A stretch of 64,000 nucleotides of DNA from Candidatus Eiseniibacteriota bacterium. GTDB lineage: Bacteria; Eisenbacteria; RBG-16-71-46; JABDJR01. The stretch covers positions 320,001-384,000 of the forward strand of contig CAVXKA010000002.1 of assembly GCA_963762255.1 (NCBI GenBank), written 5' to 3'. A program made the translations under genes and the position numbers. The notes below the pieces were generated by a model. It made no database searches. It was not told where the DNA came from and saw only the letters and a list, made by a program, of their open reading frames with translations. Shown piece by piece: positions 1 through 11,854 of this stretch (positions within the stretch are counted from its first letter, which is position 1; every line of letters starts with the position of its first letter).

Positions 1-1012
<1,012 letters not shown>

Positions 1013-1049
1013 GGCCGTCCTTCCCTCATCGTGAACGGGGTCCGCGCCC

Positions 1050-2528
1050 TCAGGCGCTCGCGCCCACCCTCGGCTCCGCCGCCTTCTCCACGGGATCCTC
1101 GTGATGGAGATCCGCATCGCGCAGCGCAACCGGGTAGCGCCCGGTGAAACATGCATAGCAATGATCGGAGGGAGCGCGCACCGAGGCGCGCAACCCCTCC
1201 TCGGAGAGATAGCCCAACGAATCCACCCCGAGCCAGGCCTGGATCGCGTCGTGCGGACGACGCGCCGCGATCAACTCTTCCTTGCGGGGCGTGTCGATAC
1301 CGTAGTAGCAGGGCCCGGTGATGGGCGGGCTCGCCACCCGCAGGTGCACTTCCTTCACGCCGGAGCGGCGCAGGAGCGCGACCAGCTTGCGGCTGGTCGT
1401 GCCGCGCACCACCGAGTCGTCCACGACCACCACGCGCTTGCCTTCTAGGATGGGGCGCACGACGTTGTACTTCACGCGCACCCCCGCCTCGCGCAGGCTC
1501 TGCCCAGGGCGGATGAAGGTGCGTCCGATGTAGTGGTTGCGGATGAGCCCCAACTCGAACGGGATCTTCGACTGCTCGGAATAGCCGAGCGCGGCCGAGT
1601 TGGAGGAGTCGGGCACGGCGATCACGCAGTCCGCCTCGGCGGGATGCTCGACGGCGAGTTGCCTGCCGAGCCGCCGCCGCACGCGGTCCACCGACTCGCC
1701 GAACACGCGGCTGTCCGGCCGCGCGAAGTAGATGAGTTCGAATACGCACTGGTGGAGCGGCGTCGTGGGAAGCCGGCCCACCGTGCGCGGGCCGCCCGGC
1801 TCCAGCGCCACCACCTCGCCGGGCTCCACCTCGCGCACGAACTCCGCTTCGACGATGTCGAAGGCGCAGGTCTCCGAAGCGACGATCCATCCGTCGCCGA
1901 GCCGACCCAGCGCGAGCGGACGGAAACCGTGGCTGTCGCGCGCGGCGTAGACGGCATCGCCCGTCAACGCAACCAGCGAGAAGGCGCCTTCCACCTGGTG
2001 CAGGGCCCCCATGAGACGCCCCTCGAAACTTCCCGCGCGCGAGGCGGCCACGAGGTGCACCATCACCTCGCTGTCGGAGGTGGTCTGAAAGATCGAGCCG
2101 CCTTCCTCCATGCTCTTGCGCAGCGTCCACGCGTTGACGAGTTGCCCGTTGTGGGCCAGAGCGAGATCGCCGCCGTGATAGCTGACCCAGATTGGCTGCG
2201 CGTTGCGAAGGCTGGAGGATCCCTTGGTCGAGTACCGGTTGTGGCCGATGGCAAGCGCGCCGGGGAGCTGCGCGAGCTCGCCTCCCGCGAAGACGTCCGC
2301 AACAAGCCCCATCGCCTTGTGATGGTGGAACTCCCCGCCGTCGGCGGTGACGATGCCGCTCGACTCCTGCCCGCGATGCTGCAGCGCGTAGAGCGCCATG
2401 TAGGCGATCTCCGCCGCCCCCGGAACACCGCACACCCCCACCACTCCGCACTCGTCGTGAAGGTGATCGTCGTCGTGGTCCACGTCGGTCCTTTCGTGTG
2501 GCTCGAGAAGCGGACTAGTGTAGCCCAT
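1050..2528 (-). CDS. purF: Amidophosphoribosyltransferase
   Basis: Propeptide then CGVVG, LQHRGQE, HNG, PRPP-binding VVVVDDSVVRGTT and Fe-S Cys (CYYGID, CYACF). Start taken at MGYTS. Confidence 0.95.
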   Translation of the reverse strand: MGYTSPLLEPHERTDVDHDDDHLHDECGVVGVCGVPGAAEIAYMALYALQHRGQESSGIVTADGGEFHHHKAMGLVADVFAGGELAQLPGALAIGHNRYSTKGSSSLRNAQPIWVSYHGGDLALAHNGQLVNAWTLRKSMEEGGSIFQTTSDSEVMVHLVAASRAGSFEGRLMGALHQVEGAFSLVALTGDAVYAARDSHGFRPLALGRLGDGWIVASETCAFDIVEAEFVREVEPGEVVALEPGGPRTVGRLPTTPLHQCVFELIYFARPDSRVFGESVDRVRRRLGRQLAVEHPAEADCVIAVPDSSNSAALGYSEQSKIPFELGLIRNHYIGRTFIRPGQSLREAGVRVKYNVVRPILEGKRVVVVDDSVVRGTTSRKLVALLRRSGVKEVHLRVASPPITGPCYYGIDTPRKEELIAARRPHDAIQAWLGVDSLGYLSEEGLRASVRAPSDHCYACFTGRYPVALRDADLHHEDPVEKAAEPRVGASA

Positions 2529-3090
2529 GCGGAGCCGCCGCGCTCTCGCCCCAGAGCGCTCGCACCACCGCCGCCGCGTCCGGCGGATCGCCGAAGATCC
2601 GCACGTCGGCGACATGCGGGTTGGCAAGGAGCCCCCGCCCGCGCTCGCGGGCGACCGCGATCTCCTCGGCGAGGCGCGCGCGCTCGGCGCCCACCCCGGC
2701 AAGATCGAGTTCCCAGAGCGTACCCTTGCGCACGGCTGGCATGCTGCCGCTCACGAGCCCGTGGCGGCGGAGCGTCTCCTCGAGATCGCGCCCCTCCCCC
2801 GCCGTCCAGACCAGCACCCAGACGTTGCCGCGCGGCGAGAGGACGCCCGTACCGACCGCGATTTCCATGCGGTGCTTGTTGGGGTTCAGCAACAGGTTCG
2901 TCTCCCGCGCCAGCCGTTCGAGAATGGGCGCGGCCTCGACCGATTCCCCCCAGCGGAACCCCCACACCTCGGAGCGGCCCACCCCCGCGACCGTGCGGCC
3001 GTAGCCCAGCGCGCGCTGCAACGTCTCGTGCGTCGTGAGCGCGGTGGGATCGTTCACCTTGAGCCAGAGCCGGACCACCGCCTCGGTCAT
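2515..3090 (-). CDS. purS: PurS-like FGAM synthase subunit, apparently two tandem PurS domains (191 aa)
   Basis: Sits between purQ and purF. Contains DPTA..HETLQRALGY and two LL(L/A)NP C-terminal PurS-type motifs. ATGA overlap with purQ. Confidence 0.7.
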   Translation of the reverse strand: MTEAVVRLWLKVNDPTALTTHETLQRALGYGRTVAGVGRSEVWGFRWGESVEAAPILERLARETNLLLNPNKHRMEIAVGTGVLSPRGNVWVLVWTAGEGRDLEETLRRHGLVSGSMPAVRKGTLWELDLAGVGAERARLAEEIAVARERGRGLLANPHVADVRIFGDPPDAAAVVRALWGESAAAPHGLH

Positions 3091-3953
3091 GACTTCCCCT
3101 CCCGGGCGCCGCCCCAGCGTAGATAGTCCGAGAGCGACTGGAAGATCTTGAACCCGGGGCCGGGCCCGTCGAGCAGCTCGCGGCGCCGGGACGCGTCGCG
3201 GCGGCGCTCCCCCCACGGGCCGGGAAGCGTGTCCGGCACGTTGCGCAGCCGCGCCGCCCGTTCGGGATGCGGCATGAACGCCAGCACGTTCCCGGCGGGA
3301 TTGGTCATTCCCGCCGCGCCGAAGAGGGAACCGTTGGGATTGAACGGGAAGGAGGGATCGTCGTCCCCGTCGGGGGTTACGTAGCGCAACGGCACCTGGC
3401 CGTTCTCCATCCACTCGGCGAAGCGCTCGCGATCGCGCACGGTGAATCGGCCCTGCGCGTGGGCCACCGGCACCGGCACGATCTCGCCGTCCTCGAAGCG
3501 CGAGGTGAACGCGGTCTCTCGCCCCTCCTTCACGACGCGCACGTGCACCCACGCGCAGTAGTAGCCCTTCCATCCTGCGGCGTTCTCGGCGAGGGCGGTC
3601 TCCACGAATCCGGGGCGCACGCCTGGCACGAGTCCGGCCTCGACCAGAACCTGGGCGCCGTTGCAGATCCCGAGGACGGGCTTGCCCGCCTCGGCGGCGG
3701 CCGCCACGACGTCCAGCGCCTTCACCTTGGCCGCCACCGCTCCGGCGCGGATGCGGTCTTCGTAGGAGAACCCGCCCGGGATCACGTACGCGTCGAACCC
3801 CTCGAGATCCTCTGCGGGGCGGTTCCAGCGGAAGATCTCTGCGTCGAGTTCCGCGCGCTCGAGCACGGCGCGCGTTTCGTACTCGCAGTTCACGCCGGGG
3901 AGCTGGAGCACCGCCACTCTCGGCCAGGGCTCATCGAGAAGTCGCGCGCTCAT
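3087..3953 (-). CDS. purQ: Phosphoribosylformylglycinamidine synthase subunit PurQ (glutaminase)
   Basis: PGVNCE, PGGFSYED, GICNG (catalytic Cys), MPHPER. Confidence 0.95.
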   Translation of the reverse strand: MSARLLDEPWPRVAVLQLPGVNCEYETRAVLERAELDAEIFRWNRPAEDLEGFDAYVIPGGFSYEDRIRAGAVAAKVKALDVVAAAAEAGKPVLGICNGAQVLVEAGLVPGVRPGFVETALAENAAGWKGYYCAWVHVRVVKEGRETAFTSRFEDGEIVPVPVAHAQGRFTVRDRERFAEWMENGQVPLRYVTPDGDDDPSFPFNPNGSLFGAAGMTNPAGNVLAFMPHPERAARLRNVPDTLPGPWGERRRDASRRRELLDGPGPGFKIFQSLSDYLRWGGAREGKS

Positions 3954-6304
3954 CGCAACAGGTCCCCCAGCGCCGCCTCGCGGCGCGCTTCGAGGCGCTC
4001 GAGATCCAGATCGATCACCGAATCGCCGCCGCACGCGATCTCCAACTTCCGGTTTCCGCGCACGCTCCCCACCCGCTCCGCTTCGGCGCCGTGCTCGCCG
4101 CAGAGCGCGAGCAGCGCTTCCAGATGCTTCTCGTCGGTCTCGATCAGGAACCCGCCCGTTTCACTGAACAGGAACTCGTCGGGGCGCAGCCCCTGCGGGC
4201 GCGCCTCCAACTCGAGCTTGATGCCGCGCCCGCCAAGCAGCGCCATTTCCGCCGCCGCCGTCGCGAGCCCCCCCTCCGAGATGTCGTGCGCCGAGCGCAC
4301 CAGTCCGCGCTCCACCGATTGCAGGAGCGCGCCGATCTCCGCGCGCACGTCGCCGAACACGATGCGGGGAGGCGAGCCCCCCTCGACGCCCCGCGATCGC
4401 CAGTACGCGGAGCCGCCCATCTCGCGCCGCCGGCGCCCGACCAGCACCAACGCGTTCCCCTCCTCCTTCAAAGCGGGCGTGATCGTGTGCGCGTAGTTCT
4501 CGAGCACGCCGAAACAAGCCACGATCGGCGACGGAGGTATGCCCCGCCCGCGTGCGGACTGGTTGTAGAACGATACGTTGCCGCTCACCACCGGCAGCGC
4601 GACCCCCTCCTCGTTGACGATGCCGATCTCGCGAGCGGCGTCGCCGACGCCGCGCACCCCGTCGCGGAACTGCCGGAAGACCTCCGGGTCTTCGGGGTTG
4701 CCGTAGTTAAGGCAATCCGTGAGGCACCACGGGAGCGCGCCCACCGCGGCCACGTTGCGCATCGACTCCGCCACCGCGCCCGCGCCTCCCTGGTAGGGAT
4801 CCAACTCTCCATGGAACGGATTGCCGTCCACGCTCACCGCCAGCGCCACCGCACAGCCCTCGATGGGCAGGAGAAGCCCGGCGTCGGCCTCGCCGGGGCG
4901 GATCAAGGCTCGCCCCTGCACTTCGGTGTCGTAGTGGCGATAGATCGCGGCGCGCGAGGCGAGGTCTGCCCCGGTCAAGAGCGCGGCCAGCACATCGTCG
5001 AGGTCGGCGGGCGCCGCAGGCTCAGGTTCCTGCGATGCGGGCGGGGCGGGAGCGGCGACCCGCTCGTATCGAATCCCCTCGGTGATCGTCTCCACCGTGG
5101 TCGCGCACACCTCTTCGCCGGCGTGGGTCGCGCGATAGAGCGTGTCCTCGGTGCGCACCCGCCCGATCACCTGCGCGCGCGCACCCGGATAGAGATGCGG
5201 CAGCTCGAAATCGACGTTGTAGATCTGCAAGACCTTCTGCGCCCAGCGCTGCGGCACCACCCAGCAGTAGCGCTCCTGCGTCTCCGAGCAGGCGACGACC
5301 TCGGGCGGGAACGGCCCGCCGTCCTGCGCCGCGGAGGTCGAGTTCGATCTCCGCGCCGAAACCTCCCGCGGCGGCGAGTTCGCTGGTGGCGCAGGCGATG
5401 CCCCCAGCGCCCAGGTCCTTGAAGCCCACCGCGAATCCTTCGGTCCGCGCCAGCTCGAACACGCTCCGGTTGGCCTCGGTGAGCACGCGCTTGAGGAAAG
5501 GATCCGGCACCTGCACCGCGCCCTTGTTGGATTCCGCCTCGGCCTCGTCGAGCACGGCGGAGGCGAAGGACGCGCCGCCGAAGCCGGAGGCGTCGGTGGG
5601 CTTGCCCACCAGCACGAAGACGTAGGGCTCCTGTCGCGCTTCGGCCGGGACGCGGCTGCGCACCACGTCGCGCTCGCGCACGATGCCCACCGCGACGACG
5701 TTGACCAGGCAGTTGTCGTCGAAGCCGGGATGGAACGCAACGTCGCCGCCCAGGTTGGGCACGCCGAGCGCGTTGGCGTAGTGCCAGATGCCGTCGACGA
5801 CGCCGTTGGCGATCTCGCGCGAGCGCTCGCCGTGCGGTCCGTCCAGGGTCGCCGAAGCGCAGCGCGTCGAGGACGCCGATCACCTCCGCGCCCATGCAGT
5901 AGACGTCGCGCACGATGCCGCCGATCCCGGTGGCCGCGCCCTCGAACGGCACGACCTGCGAGGGATGGTTGTGGCTCTCGTGGCCCACCACCAGCGCCCA
6001 GCGCTCGCCCTTGAACGTGCGTGAAGTAGACGATGCCCGCGTCCTCGCCGGGCCCGATGATGACGTGCGGCGCCTCGGTGGGGAGAAATGCCTTGAGCGC
6101 GCCCCGGCTCGACTTGTAGGAGCAGTGCTCGCTCCAGAGCGTGTCGAAGAGGACCGCTTCGGTGCGCGAGGGGTTGCGGCCGAGAAGCGCGGCCACGCGG
6201 CGTGCCTCGTCGGGGGTGAGGCGAAGGCCCTCCCGCGAGAGCCGCTCCCGCAGTACGCGGCGTCGGTCAAGATCGGCGAACGGCACCGTCGGGCTCGTCG
6301 TCAA
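3950..6304 (-). CDS. purL: Phosphoribosylformylglycinamidine synthase subunit PurL, split by indels near 6020, 5850 and 5335
   Basis: [57 protein letters not shown] and SAHDISEGG are spread over three reading frames. Confidence 0.92.
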   Translation of the reverse strand: MTTSPTVPFADLDRRRVLRERLSREGLRLTPDEARRVAALLGRNPSRTEAVLFDTLWSEHCSYKSSRGALKAFLPTEAPHVIIGPGEDAGIVYFTHVQGRALGAGGGPREPQPSLAGRAVRGRGHRDRRHRARRLLHGRGGDRRPRRAALRRPWTDRTASARARSPTASSTASGTTPTRSACPTWAATLRSIPASTTTAWSTSSRWASCASATWCAAASRPKRDRSPTSSCWWASPPTPPASAARPSPPPCSTRPRRNPTRARCRCRILSSSACSPRPTGACSSWRGPKDSRWASRTWALGASPAPPANSPPREVSARRSNSTSAAQDGGPFPPEVVACSETQERYCWVVPQRWAQKVLQIYNVDFELPHLYPGARAQVIGRVRTEDTLYRATHAGEEVCATTVETITEGIRYERVAAPAPPASQEPEPAAPADLDDVLAALLTGADLASRAAIYRHYDTEVQGRALIRPGEADAGLLLPIEGCAVALAVSVDGNPFHGELDPYQGGAGAVAESMRNVAAVGALPWCLTDCLNYGNPEDPEVFRQFRDGVRGVGDAAREIGIVNEEGVALPVVSGNVSFYNQSARGRGIPPSPIVACFGVLENYAHTITPALKEEGNALVLVGRRRREMGGSAYWRSRGVEGGSPPRIVFGDVRAEIGALLQSVERGLVRSAHDISEGGLATAAAEMALLGGRGIKLELEARPQGLRPDEFLFSETGGFLIETDEKHLEALLALCGEHGAEAERVGSVRGNRKLEIACGGDSVIDLDLERLEARREAALGDLLR

Positions 6305-7608
6305 GCCTCCTCCCCCAGCACGCGCTCGAAGATCTGGTCCTACGTTGCGCAGGTTGTACGAGAGGTCGAAGATGTCGTCCACTTCGGCGGCGCCGAGCGC
6401 GCCGAGGACGCGCGGATCCTCGCGCACGCGCTCGCGGAACGTCGGCCCTCCCTCCCAGGCGGCCAGCGCGTTCTCCTGCACGATCGCGTAGGCGTCCTCC
6501 CGCCGCATGCCGCGGACGGGTCAGCTCGAGGAGGAGCCGCTGCGAGAACACGAGCCCGCCGGTGCGCTCCAGGTTCTCCATCATGCGCTCGGGGTAGACC
6601 ACGAGCCCCTCCATCACCTGCGTCATCAGGGCGAGCTGGTAGTCCACGAGGAGGAAGCTGTCGGGAAAGATCACGCGCTCGACCGAGGAGTGGGTGATGT
6701 CCCGCTCGTGCCACAGGGCCACGTTTTCGAGCGCGGCCATCGCGTTGCCCCGGACCACGCCGCGCGAGCCCGGCCACCCGCTCGCAGGTGATCGGGTTGC
6801 GCTTGTGCGGCATCGCGCTCGAGCCCTTCTGTCCCTTGGTGAAGGGCTCCTCCGCCTCCAGGATCTCGGTGCGCTGGAGGTTGCGGATCTCGGTGGCGAA
6901 CTTCTCGAGGCTCGCCGAGAGATTGGCCAGAGCGCGAGCATCATCGCCGCGTGCCGGTCGCGCTGGATGACCTGGGTGGAGACCGGAGCGGGGCTCAGCC
7001 CCAGCCGGTGGCAGACGAACTCCTCGACGCGCGGGTCGAGGTGGCTGAACGTGCCGACCGCGCCGGAGATCTTCCCGACGCGAGATGCCGCCGACGGCCT
7101 CCAGCAGTCGATCTTCCTGCCGCCCCAGCTCCGCGTACCAGAGGAGCATCTTGAGCCCGAAGGTCGTGGGCTCGGCGTGCACGCCGTGGCTGCGGCCGAC
7201 CATGGCGGTGTCGCGATGCGCCTCGGCCTGCGCCCGCACGACGGCGGCCAGCGCGCGCACCCCGGCGCGCACGAGCATGGCCGCGCGGCGCGTGGTGAGC
7301 GCGAGCGCGGTGTCGAGGAGATCGGAGGAGGTCATGCCGAAGTGCAGCCAGCGGCTCTCGTCGCCGAGACGCTCGGAGATCGAGGTGAGGAAGGCGATCA
7401 CGTCGTGCTTGAGCGTCGCCTCCAGCGCCGCCGCCCGCGCGGGGTCGATCACCGCGCGCTCGCGAATGCGCGCGGCGGTGCCCGCCGGCGCCTCGTCGTA
7501 GCGCTCCAACGCCTCCACGACCGCCAGCTCGACTTCGAGCCAGGTGCGGAGCTTCTCCTCCTCCGACCAGAGGCGGGCCATCTCGGGGCGGCAATAGCGC
7601 TCGATCAT
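6301..7608 (-). CDS. purB: Adenylosuccinate lyase, split by several indels (about 7085, 6935, 6765, 6515, 6340)
   Basis: MIERY, HDVIAF, GRSHGVHAEPTTFG, signature GSSAMPHKRNP, WHERDITHSSVER, and C-terminal REDAYAIVQENA. Confidence 0.92.
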
Positions 7609-8775
7609 GACTGTCCTCGCTGCTCTTGAGGCAACGGCTCGAGGGTCACCGGGATCTCCACCATGGCTCCCCCTGACCGCTCCACCCGGAAGGTGATCGT
7701 GTCTCCGACCCGCGCGCCGAAGATGGACCGGCGCGCCTCGGTGGCGTTCTCGACCTGGTGGCCGTTCACCGAGCGGATGACGTCCCCGAGCCGCAATCCC
7801 GCGCGGTCGGCGGGAGAGTTGCGTTCGAGGCTCCATACCACGAGGCCGGCGGCGCGTCCGCACCCCGAGCTGGTCGGCCAGCGGACCGGTCAGGGGCTGC
7901 ACCGCGATCCCCACCCACACGCCGCGCACGTGACCGTAGAGGATGAGTTCCTCGGCCGCGCCCAGCGCGATGCTGATGGGGATGGCGAAGCCGATGCCCA
8001 CCGAGCCTCCCGCGGGGCTGAAGATGAAGGTGTTGATCCCCACCACCTCGCCGTCCGCGTTCACCAGCGGGCCGCCCGAGTTTCCGGGGTTGATGGCGGC
8101 GTCGGTCTGGATCATGTCCTTGTAGATCGCCTCCCCCTCGCCGTAGCGCACGTCGCGATGGAGCGCGCTCACCACACCCACCGTCACCGAGGGGCGGGGA
8201 TCGAGGAGGTTGCCGAAGGGATTCCCAAGCGCCACCACCCATTCCCCCACCATGAGATCGTCGGCGCTGGCGATGGGAGCGGTCTCGAAGACATGGGACC
8301 CCTGCTGCTTCACCTTGATCACCGCGAGGTCGTACTTGGCATCGGTGCCCACCACCTCGGCTTCGAACTCCCGCCCGTCGGGGAGCGTCACCCAGATCTG
8401 CACGGCGTTGCCGACGAGATGATGGTTGGTGAGGAAGAAGCCCTTGGAGTCGAGCACGATTCCCGAACCGAAACGGGGAACGTACTCGGAATGGAAGGTG
8501 GGCGCGTCGGGGAAGAAACGCTGAAAGTAATCCTGCGCGCGCGGATCGACTCCGGCCACGACCTGCCGTTCGAGCGCGATCACGCTCACCACCGAGGGGG
8601 CCACGATCTCCGAGGCTCGCACGATGGCGGTTCGGCGCGTCTCGCCCACGTCGGACCCCGGTCGCGCACCGGGGAGCCCCCCATCGCGCCGGCCGAGCAC
8701 GATGCCCAGGCCGAGGGCGGCGGCCACCAGAAGGCCCAGGACTACCCCGAAGAGCAAAGCCCACCGTGTCCTCAT
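7605..8775 (-). CDS. HtrA/DegP-family serine protease with N-terminal TM anchor and one PDZ domain (indel about 7855)
   Basis: TNHH, DLAV, IQTDAAINPGNSGGPL. The PDZ part (SPADRAGLRLGDVI) is in the adjacent frame. Confidence 0.9.
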
Positions 8776-9592
8776 CAGCGTCCCGTCTCCTTTGCATCCG
8801 CCCCGGATCCCAGCCCCGCAAGCGCGGCCACCCGCGCGGCGCGATCCGTCGGCTCCTCGCCGGGGTAGCGCACCTCGGTGAGGTAGAGGCCTTCCGGCGG
8901 CGCCGGTGGCGCGGCCGCGTCCCGACCGCGCCGCTCCAGCACGCGCGCGAGGTGCCCCTCCGTTTCTCCGTTTTCCCAACCCGCGATCAGCGTGCCGGCC
9001 AGCGTGCGCACCATCCCCCACAAGAACCGATTCGCGCGGACGGCCAGGATCGCGCCATCCTCATGGACCAGCCAGCGTCCGGCGTGAATCGCGCACACCA
9101 TGCTCGTCGTCTCCGCTCCGCGCGCGCGCCAGCGACGTGCAGTCGCGCTCCCCGGTCAAGGCCGCCAGCTCTCCCGCGGCCCAGTCCGGATCGGGCAAAC
9201 GCCGCGGCGACCACCGTCGTCCTCGGAAGAACGGGTCGACCGTTCCGGCGAACGCGTAGTGATACGTTCTCGAAATCGCCCCATACCTGGCGTGAAATTC
9301 CGCATCCACGCGGGTGACCGCAAGAATCCGAAGATCCTCCGGCGAGAGCGCGCCGAGCGCCCGCTGCAGATCCTCGCGCGTCCCATTCCTTGTCGAGATC
9401 GACATGGGCCACGTTGGCCAGGGCGTGCACCCCGGCGTCGGTGCGGCCCGCGCCGGTCGGTCGCGCCCGCATCCCGAGTCGCTCCAGCGCCCCGGTCAGG
9501 GTTCCCTGAACGGTTCGCCGGTCCGGCTGCACCTGCCAGCCCGCAAAGCCGGCGCCATCGTACTCAAGGTCCAGGCGATACCGCCACCCCAT
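8775..9592 (-). CDS. truA: tRNA pseudouridine(38-40) synthase, split by indels about 9385 and 9100
   Basis: [51 protein letters not shown]. Confidence 0.92.
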
Positions 9593-10335
9593 CAGGGTCG
9601 CCCCAGACCGTAGACGCCGAGCGCCGTCGCGGCCACCAGGCCCCAGTCGAGCGCCCCCAGTCGGAAGCCGTGCGCGAAGCTCCGCTCACGATCCGGGCGA
9701 TAGCCGCGCAGGGTGAGCGCCAGCGCGAGCGCCTCGGCGCGCTCCACCACGAGGAGCACCCACACCGGACCGAGACCGGCCACCCGGCGCACGCCGCTCC
9801 ACCCGCGCCTGGGCCCTTGCCGCAGACGATCCACGTCGAGAAGTCGTCGCGCCTCCCCCAACAGGAGGGGAAGCATCCGCAGCGAGAGCACGATCGGCAG
9901 GAGCGCGCGGTGAGCGCGGCGGCGAAGTCCGGGAATGCCGCGCACGCTCCACTCCAGGCTGGAAGCCAGTTCCAGCGTGCGCGTGGTGGCCGCCGCCCAC
10001 GAGGCGACCGCGGTGAGCGCGGCGAGCCGGGCTCCCTGCGCGAGGCCGGCCGCGATCCCCTCGCGCGTGGGGCGTGCCCACCGGAGCATCTCGGGGCCGA
10101 GCCGCTCTCCGGAGATGAGGAACGCGTTCGCAAGAAGGCTCAGAAGCCAGAGCACGGCGACCGCGCGAAGTGCGGCCAGGAGTCGGGCCCGGCCCAGCCC
10201 CGCGGTCAGGAGGAGCAACCCGGCCACAGGGAGAGCCGCAAGGACGCGCGGCCCCGGCGCGACCGCCAGCGCGAAGCTCAGCGCGACCGCGGCGAGCACC
10301 TTGGCTCGCGGATCCCGGGCGCGCCAGAAGGTCAC
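9592..10335 (-). CDS. ECF transporter transmembrane (T/CbiQ-like) component
   Basis: N-terminal DPRAK, hydrophobic helices, LRMLPLL..EA and [15 protein letters not shown] coupling-helix motif. GTG start at 10335. Confidence 0.8.
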   Translation of the reverse strand: MTFWRARDPRAKVLAAVALSFALAVAPGPRVLAALPVAGLLLLTAGLGRARLLAALRAVAVLWLLSLLANAFLISGERLGPEMLRWARPTREGIAAGLAQGARLAALTAVASWAAATTRTLELASSLEWSVRGIPGLRRRAHRALLPIVLSLRMLPLLLGEARRLLDVDRLRQGPRRGWSGVRRVAGLGPVWVLLVVERAEALALALTLRGYRPDRERSFAHGFRLGALDWGLVAATALGVYGLGRP

Positions 10336-11849
10336 CGCGCGCGCCTCCTGAGCAGGGCCGTCGCGGTGAGCGCGGCGAGAAGCCCCGCCACCACCCAGAG
10401 CACCCAGTTTCCGTGTCGCGCGTAGAAGGTGAGCTCGCGTCCCAGCTCCACCGGCGCCACCAGGTTCGTCTGCTCGAAAGTGCGCGACGACAACTCGACC
10501 GCGCCGTAGGGCGTGATCACCGCCGAGATCCCGGTGTTGGCGGCTCGCGCCATCCCCATCCGGTTCTCGATCGCCCGCAGGATGTTCATCTCGAAGTGCT
10601 GGACCGGCGCCGCCGAGTCGCCGAACCACTGGTCGTTGGTGATGTTGACGAGGTAGCGCGCGCCGTTGCGCGAGAGATCCCGCGCCGGGCCCGGAAAGAT
10701 CGACTCGAAGCAGATCAGCACGCCGAACGGAACCCCGGCCTGGTCGAAGACCCCCGGCCTCGTCCCGACGGAGAAGTTGGACTGGCCGAAATCGTAGCGA
10801 TTGAGAAAGGGTAACGGAAAATATTCGCTGAACGGAACCAAATGACGTTTATCGTATTGGGCGACGATGCCGCGGCCGGGGAGGATCAGCGCCGCGGAGT
10901 TCGTCCACCGCAGCGACCCGTCGGGGAGGCGCTCGCCGTCGGGGAAGCCGGCCAGGAGCGGCACCTGCGCGCTGTCGACCAGGCTCTCGACCATCTGGCG
11001 GTAGCGCGGCTCGCGGGGAAGCCGCACCGGAATCGCGGTCTCGGGCCAGACGACGAGCGCGAGCGGAGCGCCGCGGTTGGCGGCCACCAGTTCCTCGGTG
11101 CGCTCCAGCAGCGCGATCACCACGCTGTCCCTCACCCCGAGTTGCCACTTCTCGTTGCCCACGTTCGGCTGAACGATGCCGACGTCCACCGTAGGAGACG
11201 GCTCGCTCCCCCGCAACACCCAACGGCCGTGCTGGTAGGGGGCCACCGTCACCGCGGCCAGCACGAGGAGCATGGTGATCTTGGGGAGCATCCAGCGCGC
11301 GGCGAGGTAGGAATGGACGAGCCCGCTCACCAGGACGACCCAGAGGGTCACGCCCCACACGCCGGTCAGCGATGCGAACTGGATGAGATGCGGCAAGGGG
11401 GCGAGCGCGTAGCCGAGCGAGCCCCATGGAAAACCGAACGTGCCGGTGCCGCGGAGCGCCTCCGTCAGCGTCCACACGAGCGGAAAGGAAAGGCCGAGCG
11501 GCACGCCGCGGCGCTGCAGCCACACCGCAAAGGCCGCGGCCAGCGCGGGGTAGAGCGCCAGGTAGGCGACCATCAACGCCAGCGCGGGGTACATGAGGAA
11601 CGGAACGGTCACGTTCTCCGGAGGCAGCAGCGGAATCCAATAGAGCAGGATGATGAAGAAGACGGCGCCGGTGATGTAGCCGAGACCGAACGCGCGCCGC
11701 GGGGAGACGGTTTCGCCGATCGGCCCGTGAGGGGGCTTGAGCGCGATGAGGAGCGGAAGGAGGGCGACCAGCGAGACCATGCTCAGCGAAAACTTGGGAA
11801 ACGCCAGAGCAAGGAGAACACCGGAAAGAGCGGCGAGCGCGCGCTTCAC
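10332..11849 (-). CDS. lnt: Apolipoprotein N-acyltransferase
   Basis: GFPWGSLGY, VQPNV, WPETA, YDKRHLVPFSE, ICFESIF, NITNDQWFG, RAANTGIS (E-K-C triad). Confidence 0.96.
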   Translation of the reverse strand: MKRALAALSGVLLALAFPKFSLSMVSLVALLPLLIALKPPHGPIGETVSPRRAFGLGYITGAVFFIILLYWIPLLPPENVTVPFLMYPALALMVAYLALYPALAAAFAVWLQRRGVPLGLSFPLVWTLTEALRGTGTFGFPWGSLGYALAPLPHLIQFASLTGVWGVTLWVVLVSGLVHSYLAARWMLPKITMLLVLAAVTVAPYQHGRWVLRGSEPSPTVDVGIVQPNVGNEKWQLGVRDSVVIALLERTEELVAANRGAPLALVVWPETAIPVRLPREPRYRQMVESLVDSAQVPLLAGFPDGERLPDGSLRWTNSAALILPGRGIVAQYDKRHLVPFSEYFPLPFLNRYDFGQSNFSVGTRPGVFDQAGVPFGVLICFESIFPGPARDLSRNGARYLVNITNDQWFGDSAAPVQHFEMNILRAIENRMGMARAANTGISAVITPYGAVELSSRTFEQTNLVAPVELGRELTFYARHGNWVLWVVAGLLAALTATALLRRRAR

Positions 11850-11854
11850 GAGGG

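Noticed and set aside
6340-9021. 893-aa ORF suggesting an HtrA-PurB fusion
   Set aside because: Artefact of the indel near 7855. The PDZ end with its own stop (7605) and the purB ATG (7608) are present.
3950-9592. Multiple frameshifts in purL, purB, htrA and truA read as pseudogenisation or programmed frameshifting
   Set aside because: All motifs are intact across frames, no internal decay is visible, and similar indels hit essential argS and cca. Most consistent with long-read assembly errors; read mapping would confirm.
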